Positions 57,964 through 63,786 of a stretch of 63,786 nucleotides of DNA are shown piece after piece. Each line of letters opens with the position of its first letter. The first letter of the stretch is position 1. The position numbers and the translations under genes are program-made. The stretch is from Pseudomonadota bacterium (GTDB lineage Bacteria > Bdellovibrionota > FAC87 > UBA2466). The stretch spans positions 1 through 63,786 of the forward strand of contig JAYUGC010000099.1 in assembly GCA_043767805.1 (NCBI GenBank). Direction: 5' to 3'. The notes beneath the pieces are model-generated. The model was given only the letters and a program-made list of their open reading frames with translations, made no database searches and was not told the DNA's origin.

Positions 57964-58332
57964 ATGCGTATTTTATCGTTAGCCCTGATGGGCGTCCTCT
58001 TCGCCGGCACCACGGCATTCGCCTCTAACCGCTACCAGTGCTACCCCAAAGATCAGAGCGGAGACCTGGCAACCCTGTGGCTTGTCATCAACGGCAACCG
58101 CGCCACCCTCGAAGGTCACAAGGTCTCCCTCGATGCCACGTACAAGCCTCGCCTGAACAAGGATTACGTCCGCTTTGAAGGCGATACGGGCTGGTTGAAC
58201 CCGGATGGTTACCAGATCGATTTGCTCGTTCACAAAATTCTGCTGAAGGGCGCCACGAAGGGGTCCATGAAAGTCATGGCCCGCGGAGAAGGCTTCTTCA
58301 ACGATTTCTATAACTGCTACCTCAAGCCCTAG
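57964..58332 (+). CDS. Small secreted protein (YxC...C)
   Basis: Signal peptide AFA|SNRYQC, C-terminal YNC. Confidence 0.72.
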   Translation: MRILSLALMGVLFAGTTAFASNRYQCYPKDQSGDLATLWLVINGNRATLEGHKVSLDATYKPRLNKDYVRFEGDTGWLNPDGYQIDLLVHKILLKGATKGSMKVMARGEGFFNDFYNCYLKP

Positions 58333-58354
58333 GTTTAACCCAGTACACGGGTCG

Positions 58355-58379
58355 GGTAACGCCGTTGAACGGCGTTACC
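58355..58379. terminator. Hairpin between convergent genes
   Basis: GGTAACGCCGT-TGA-ACGGCGTTACC, no clear U-tract. Confidence 0.5.
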
Positions 58380-60768
58380 TGGCCTGGTGAATCGGCGCGA
58401 GCAAGAGGAACGGATTCTCTTTCAGGCTCGCCATCCATGGCAGGCTTTCTTTCCAGCCCGACGGCAAAAGCTCGAGCCAAGGCGATTCCGCCACTTTCGC
58501 GCCGCCCAGTAAGCCTCCCGGCTCGAAGAAATCAAAAAGCCCGCGCTCGTTGCCGTACTCGCGCACACTCGGGTGATCTCCCAAGTTTTCCTGACGCGCG
58601 AGATAGTTCACAGCCTCGTTCATTCCGCCCACTTCGTCGACGAGTCCCATGCCTTTGCCTTGGGTGCCACTCCAGACCCGGCCTTGCGCTGCCGCTTCGA
58701 CCTTCTCCGGCGCGAGCTTGCGGTGCTTCGAAACGAAGCCCGTGAACTCTTCGTAATAGTGATTGAGCTGACGGGTGAGAATGAGCTTACCCTCGGCGTT
58801 CAGCGGCCGGTCCCAGCCCATCATTCCCGCGTGAGGCGCCGTGGAGAGCGTCTCCGTCCGCAGATCGATTTTCTTCAAGAGCTCGGAGAAGTTCGCTTTA
58901 CCGAGAAAGACGCCGATGGAGCCCGTGATGGTGGAAGCGTCCGCGAAGACCCGGCTCGCCGGGGCGGCAATCAGATAACCGCCGCTTGCCGCGACCGATC
59001 CCATGGAGACGACGACCGGTTTCTTGAGCTTTGCCTGCTCGATGAGCTCCGCGATGGCGTAACTCGCGCCGACTTCCCCGCCCCCTGAGGAAATGCGGAT
59101 GACGATGCCCGCGGTGCGCGGATCGGAAACGGCGGCGCGAATCCGCCGCTTCATCCCTTCGGGAGTCATCGCTTGCCCGCCCAAGCTCAGAAGCTTGTTC
59201 GAGCCTTTCAAGATATTGCCATCGGCGTGAACGAGGGCGACCTGCCTCGGCAGAGTAAGAACGTCTTCGCGCGCTTCGAGTTCTTCTCGCACGAGATAGG
59301 AAGAGCGCAACGTCTCGATTTCCGACTGCGCTTCGCCTAGGCCGTCGACGAGGCCGAGCTTTACGGCTTCCGACGTGGAGACAAGGGCCATCTTGAGAAG
59401 CTCTTTCCATTTTGCTTCGTTCACGCGCCCGCTTTTCGCGAGCAGCGAGATGACTTGGGTCTCGAGCTCTTTGAGAATGGAGAGCGTGACTTCGCGGGCC
59501 TCGGGGCTGCTTTCCTTGCGATTGAGCATCTCGGGCGCGGACTTGTACTTACCGCGCGCGAAGACTTCCGCCTCGATGCCGATTTTATCGAGCGTGCCTT
59601 TTAGAAAAAGGTGAGTGGCGGCAAGCCCCGTGAAAGTCATCTGACTGCCGGGAGCCAGATAAATCTTGTCGGCGGCCGAAGCGATGACGTATTCCGATAT
59701 GCCGCAATTTCCCAAGTAAGCAACCACCCGCTTTCCCGATTTGCGGAGCGCGTAGACTTTATCGAAAACTTCCGTGGCGGGCCCTAATCCCAAGTGAAAC
59801 TCGTCGAGCTTCAAGACGACGACGGACACGTCGTCCCGCCGGGAGGCCTTGTCCAAAGCTTCGAGCTTTTGCCAAAGGGAAGGACGCGCCGCAAGAAAGA
59901 GGCTTTTCTCCACGGGCTCTTCCTGAAGGTTATCCTCCAAGCTGACGACGAGGGCATGCTCTGGCGCGAGCACCGAAGGCCGCGGCTTCAAGCTCGAGTG
60001 GATGCCGACCAGAAAGGTCCGCTCGCGGTTCCCCGGTTGCACGAGGGTGCTCATGGAGCCTTGGCCAAAATCGATCTGAAAGCCCACCTGGGCTTTGTAA
60101 ATATCGTGGTAGCCGACGCGGAATTGAAACCCGTCGAAGGGCGTGTAAGCGGCCGTCGCCTGATACCCAAAATGCTTGCCGAAAGTTCCCGAGAGCGTAT
60201 CGACGTCCGCCGTCAGCTCGAGGCGCGCAAGAGGACGCACGATGGCGCTCGCCACCCATTGCGTGCGAAGCGGCGTCGCTCCCACCATCGGCTCGTTCAC
60301 TCGATTGACCTGAAAGCCCAAGGCGAATAGCGAGCTCGGTCGGTACTGCATGCCGAAGTCGAGAGAGTCGGGAGATCCCACCGTGCCCAGGGCGGAGCGA
60401 GTCAGGGTGACCCGGCTTCCGACGTAGAGCCGGGGACTCACCGGCGCACCCAAGGCCAGCGAGTAGCGATTAAAATTTCCGGCGATCGCCGTGAGCCGCT
60501 CGTAACCAAAACCGAAATAGCCGAGGGCGATGCCCAAACCAAAAGCGCTGTCCGTCGAGCGGTTGAAGCTTCCCAGTAAAGACGTCGAGAGGGACGATCC
60601 GTTCAACTCCGTTTGATAAGCAAGGGCCGCCGGATTGCCAAAAACACTCGCCGCATCTTGAAAATGAGAAGTCGACGAGCCGGTGATGAGAGCATCGTTC
60701 AAGGGGTCCGCTCCCGCGGCCAGCGTGAGAAGCGCCGCGAGTCCGAGAGCGATTCGTTTCATTTGCAT
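58375..60768 (-). CDS. sppA: Signal peptide peptidase SppA (S49) with an N-terminal beta-barrel-like domain
   Basis: GKYKSAPE, SGGG, AASGGY, TITGSIGV, QGRVWSG; N-terminal NPAALA and amphipathic beta strands. Confidence 0.88.
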   Translation of the reverse strand: MQMKRIALGLAALLTLAAGADPLNDALITGSSTSHFQDAASVFGNPAALAYQTELNGSSLSTSLLGSFNRSTDSAFGLGIALGYFGFGYERLTAIAGNFNRYSLALGAPVSPRLYVGSRVTLTRSALGTVGSPDSLDFGMQYRPSSLFALGFQVNRVNEPMVGATPLRTQWVASAIVRPLARLELTADVDTLSGTFGKHFGYQATAAYTPFDGFQFRVGYHDIYKAQVGFQIDFGQGSMSTLVQPGNRERTFLVGIHSSLKPRPSVLAPEHALVVSLEDNLQEEPVEKSLFLAARPSLWQKLEALDKASRRDDVSVVVLKLDEFHLGLGPATEVFDKVYALRKSGKRVVAYLGNCGISEYVIASAADKIYLAPGSQMTFTGLAATHLFLKGTLDKIGIEAEVFARGKYKSAPEMLNRKESSPEAREVTLSILKELETQVISLLAKSGRVNEAKWKELLKMALVSTSEAVKLGLVDGLGEAQSEIETLRSSYLVREELEAREDVLTLPRQVALVHADGNILKGSNKLLSLGGQAMTPEGMKRRIRAAVSDPRTAGIVIRISSGGGEVGASYAIAELIEQAKLKKPVVVSMGSVAASGGYLIAAPASRVFADASTITGSIGVFLGKANFSELLKKIDLRTETLSTAPHAGMMGWDRPLNAEGKLILTRQLNHYYEEFTGFVSKHRKLAPEKVEAAAQGRVWSGTQGKGMGLVDEVGGMNEAVNYLARQENLGDHPSVREYGNERGLFDFFEPGGLLGGAKVAESPWLELLPSGWKESLPWMASLKENPFLLLAPIHQAR

Positions 60769-61613
60769 ACTTCTTTTCTCCAGCTCTCAATGGCGTCCAT
60801 GGGGGCTTTGTCGTCTCGGCGCGCGGTCCAGTGGGCGTAAAAGGCAAACTCGACGCGGGAGTGACATAGGGTTTTGGCGGCCGACGTCTCCAGCCGCTTC
60901 AAGCCGAGCTCCACCTGGGCGAGATTTTCCGAACGTACGAAATGGCGCGGGGTTCTTTCGTGATACGCGGGAAAGCCCAGGACGAATTTCTTGGCGCTCG
61001 GCGCTTGCGCGACATAGGCTACGGTATCGGCGATGACCTTGCCGTAAGATTCCGTTTCCTTGTGCCCGGTATCGTAAATCATGAGATCGAATCCATCGAC
61101 CGCTTCGAGAACGGCGTTGGCTTCAAGCGTGGTCCACGGCCACTTGGTTTGCGGAACGGTGGTGATGGTCGGCACGGCGAGGTGCAGGGATAACTCCTTT
61201 GGCAGTTTCACCCGAACCTTAGAGAGAAAGGGCACGAGCCACGGCGGCGGTGTGCGCAAAGGTTCGATATCGAGCTCCACCGAAGTGAAACAGCTCTTCT
61301 TCAAAAGAGTGGCGATGTTTTCTCCCAAGCGGGCTCCCGCTTCCGGGGAGATCACTTCCTCATAGCCCACGCGGTGAGTGATCCAGGCTCGTAACTCGAC
61401 GCCAGCCTTGCACGCGTTCGCGATGTCTTTCTCGGTGACCGCCGGCTCCAGATTTCCCTGTTTACCGAAGACGGCCGTTTTAAGGAGCGCGAAGGACAGG
61501 GTCTTGTTCAGGCTGGCGGGATCTTTCGCCCACGTTCCCCAGGCCGCCAGAAGCGCGTCAGAAAAAAATAACCCGATTAAGATCGTCCATTGAGCATAGC
61601 TGCGTTGGGTCAT
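60759..61613 (-). CDS. Secreted GH18-like TIM-barrel protein
   Basis: Signal peptide, VELDIEP, DLMIYD, LGFPAY; overlaps the sppA start. Confidence 0.6.
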   Translation of the reverse strand: MTQRSYAQWTILIGLFFSDALLAAWGTWAKDPASLNKTLSFALLKTAVFGKQGNLEPAVTEKDIANACKAGVELRAWITHRVGYEEVISPEAGARLGENIATLLKKSCFTSVELDIEPLRTPPPWLVPFLSKVRVKLPKELSLHLAVPTITTVPQTKWPWTTLEANAVLEAVDGFDLMIYDTGHKETESYGKVIADTVAYVAQAPSAKKFVLGFPAYHERTPRHFVRSENLAQVELGLKRLETSAAKTLCHSRVEFAFYAHWTARRDDKAPMDAIESWRKEVCK

Positions 61614-61656
61614 GCGGTTGCCTCGCTGTGACTGGTCTGCTAAGAAGACCATTATT

Positions 61657-62061
61657 ATGTCTCTCGATCCCCTTGAAAAGGAACGCTTGCGGCGAAAGAT
61701 GGCTCAGAAAATGGCCATCTTTCAGGAATCGGCTCCCTCCGTGGAGTGCGTCAGCGCTCATTATGATGCCGAGCCGACTTATTGCGAGCTTTGTCTTACG
61801 ACTCACGCGACCGACCTGATCGTGGTGAAGAACCGCAAGAACAAGAAATTGCGGGTTGCGCTTCCTTGTCTCAAGGAGATGATCCGTTTCAAGGTTACGG
61901 ATGTGCTCGATCTTTCGAAATGGATCGAAAAGCTCAGGGAGCTTCGCTTGGACTACGACAAGCGCAAAACGAATCAAGAGACCGAGCGCACCGAGCAGAG
62001 AAAGCTCCTCGAGAAAAAAGTCATCATTCGCAAGCGGACTGACACGCCCAGCGTGCGGTAA
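61657..62061 (+). CDS. Hypothetical protein with a possible Zn site and coiled coil
   Basis: CELC..H...C and a charged helical tail; start ATG 61657. Confidence 0.7.
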   Translation: MSLDPLEKERLRRKMAQKMAIFQESAPSVECVSAHYDAEPTYCELCLTTHATDLIVVKNRKNKKLRVALPCLKEMIRFKVTDVLDLSKWIEKLRELRLDYDKRKTNQETERTEQRKLLEKKVIIRKRTDTPSVR

Positions 62062-62070
62062 GCTCTTTTC

Positions 62071-63315
62071 ATGATTCGTCTCGAAACCATCGCCATCGGA
62101 GACGAGCTTTTGACGGGTAAGACGTCGGACACGAACACTACGTTCGTAGGCCAGGCGCTTTTCGATCGGGGGCTCAGGCTCGAGCGCACCACCGTCATTT
62201 TGGACGACATGGAAACGATCCGTGAGGTCGTGCGGGATAGGTCTGGCCATGCCGATTACGTGCTTTGCTTCGGAGGGCTCGGCCCTACGACGGACGACGT
62301 GACCGCGGAAGCCGTCGCCGGGATCTTGGGATGCGGTGTCGTCGATTACGCACCGGCCTTAAAGAATCTTTACGCGCTCTACGAAAGATTGAAGCGCACG
62401 GTGACGCCCGCTTTACTGAAGCAGGCGCTCTATCCGGAAACCGCCGAGCCCATTCCCAATCAGGTCGGGCTCGCTCCGGGCTTTAGCTGTGTCGTCGGTA
62501 AATGCCGCTTTTATTTTTTGCCCGGCGTCCCAAGGGAAATGAAGGGTATGGTCACCGACTGGGTGCTTCCCGATTTGGCTCGTCGTCTAGGGAGCGCGAC
62601 CGGAGATTTGCTGTCTCACAGCTGGCGCCTGCTGGGTATTGCTGAGTCCGATTTGCAGACGCGCCTCGGCGAAGTGCAGGCGTCGCTTCCTAAGGAAGCC
62701 TGGCTCGGCTACCGGACTCATAATCCGGAAAATCATCTGACGCTCTATTACCGTTCTCTCGACGGTAAGCCGACTAAGGCGTTCGATGCCTTACGGGACA
62801 GGATCCGCGGCATCGTAGAGCCTTGGTGCTATACCGAAGACGGAAAGACGTTAGAGGAGGTCGTCCTCGCCGAGCTTATCGCCCGAAAGGCCCGGCTCGC
62901 CACGGCGGAGTCTTGTACGGGCGGCCTGATGGCGCAGCGGTTGACGCGCGTGCCCGGCGCCTCCGAGGGAGTGTGGGGTGGCGCGACCGTCTATCAAATC
63001 GACGCGAAAGCGGCGTTGCTCGACGTCAAACTGACTCACCCCGGCGAAGCGGTCTCGGCGGCTTGTTCCCGGCGTCTCGCCGAGTCCATTCTAGAAAAAA
63101 GCGGCGCTACGGTGGCGGTCGGTATCACGGGTTCTTTGGGGCCGACCCCGGCAAACGACACCGATTCGATCGGAACGATCTACGTTTGCGTGGCCGAAAA
63201 CGGAAAAAAAGCGGCCGAACAAAAATATATTTTGCCCGTCCGAACTCGCGAAGAAATGCAATGGAGCGCCTCGGCATATGGCCTCGGCGCCGTTTTGCGA
63301 TCGCTCCGAAATTGA
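62071..63315 (+). CDS. cinA: CinA-family protein (MocF-like plus NMN deamidase domain)
   Basis: IGDELLTG..DTN, GGLGPTTDD, LPGVPREM, AESCTGG. Confidence 0.93.
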   Translation: MIRLETIAIGDELLTGKTSDTNTTFVGQALFDRGLRLERTTVILDDMETIREVVRDRSGHADYVLCFGGLGPTTDDVTAEAVAGILGCGVVDYAPALKNLYALYERLKRTVTPALLKQALYPETAEPIPNQVGLAPGFSCVVGKCRFYFLPGVPREMKGMVTDWVLPDLARRLGSATGDLLSHSWRLLGIAESDLQTRLGEVQASLPKEAWLGYRTHNPENHLTLYYRSLDGKPTKAFDALRDRIRGIVEPWCYTEDGKTLEEVVLAELIARKARLATAESCTGGLMAQRLTRVPGASEGVWGGATVYQIDAKAALLDVKLTHPGEAVSAACSRRLAESILEKSGATVAVGITGSLGPTPANDTDSIGTIYVCVAENGKKAAEQKYILPVRTREEMQWSASAYGLGAVLRSLRN

Positions 63316-63324
63316 CCAAAAGGT

Positions 63325-63357
63325 AAAAAAAAACCCGCCCGGAAATTCCGAGCGGGT
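63325..63357 (-). terminator. Intrinsic terminator of the histone-like gene
   Basis: ACCCGC..GCGGGT stem with a 9-A run (U-tract on the minus strand). Confidence 0.8.
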
Positions 63358-63380
63358 CTTTAAAGTCAGGAACGAAGGGT

Positions 63381-63653
63381 CTACTCTTCGTCGCCACCTT
63401 TTTTCATTTCGCGCGCAGCGGCAAAGGTCGTCAGACCAGAAGCAACGGCGGCGAGGCCCGGGTTCATGGAGGAATCGTTATCCCCTTCAGGAGCCGCTTT
63501 GGGCGCGGCTTTGCGAGGGGCGGCTTTTTTCGGCGCCGCTTTTTTCGCCGGCTTTTTCGCGGCCGTTTTCTTCGAAGCTTTCTTCGCTACTTTTTTCGAT
63601 TTCTTCGCCGCTTTTTTCGGAGCGGATTTCTTTTTAGCTTTTTTCTTCGCCAT
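63381..63653 (-). CDS. Histone H1-like Lys/Ala-rich protein
   Basis: RBS AGGAG; KKAAK/PKKAA repeats; acidic C-terminus. Confidence 0.8.
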   Translation of the reverse strand: MAKKKAKKKSAPKKAAKKSKKVAKKASKKTAAKKPAKKAAPKKAAPRKAAPKAAPEGDNDSSMNPGLAAVASGLTTFAAAREMKKGGDEE

Positions 63654-63786
63654 GGGAGTCTCCTAATTTTGGTCAAAAAACGAATTCAAAAAATCTGAAA
63701 TTTACCTGTCCGGTCGAATAACACAGGAACTAATACGCCGACAAACAAAATGAAATTTCCTGAATATCGACTCGCCGTTACACGAC

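Overview
A 63.8-kb GC-rich bacterial window whose gene content (Myxococcus/Bdellovibrio-type PilA, Hypr-type GGDEF enzymes, many secreted hydrolases and small secreted proteins) suggests a Bdellovibrionota or other delta-proteobacterial predator-like genome; the taxonomy is inferred. The left part is core-like: carbamoyltransferase, WecA/MraY-like transferase, MsbA-like ABC exporter, ribF, glmU, pilA, a PilR-like activator and an oppABCDF operon. About 20-52.6 kb is a patchwork accessory region ending at tRNA-Ala(GGC). It holds a VxrABC/WigKR-like operon, GT-C/YfhO membrane proteins, peptidases, a cobalamin riboswitch, and beta-helix proteins around a TPR-wHTH regulator. The right part has a REC-GGDEF protein, a TPP-II-like subtilase, a beta-barrel-SppA fusion, cinA and a histone H1-like gene. 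Best leads: (1) a WecA-like transferase fused to a degenerate GGDEF domain with an intact RxxD site, a candidate cyclic-dinucleotide-gated glycan initiator; (2) two GGDEF enzymes with the Hypr (cGAMP) Asp-to-Ser signature; (3) a cobalamin riboswitch ahead of an unknown gene; (4) a duplicated ~70-bp leader in front of two unrelated genes; (5) a catalytically dead subtilase. All calls come from reading motifs by eye; no searches were run. No CRISPR array, integrase or transposase was seen.
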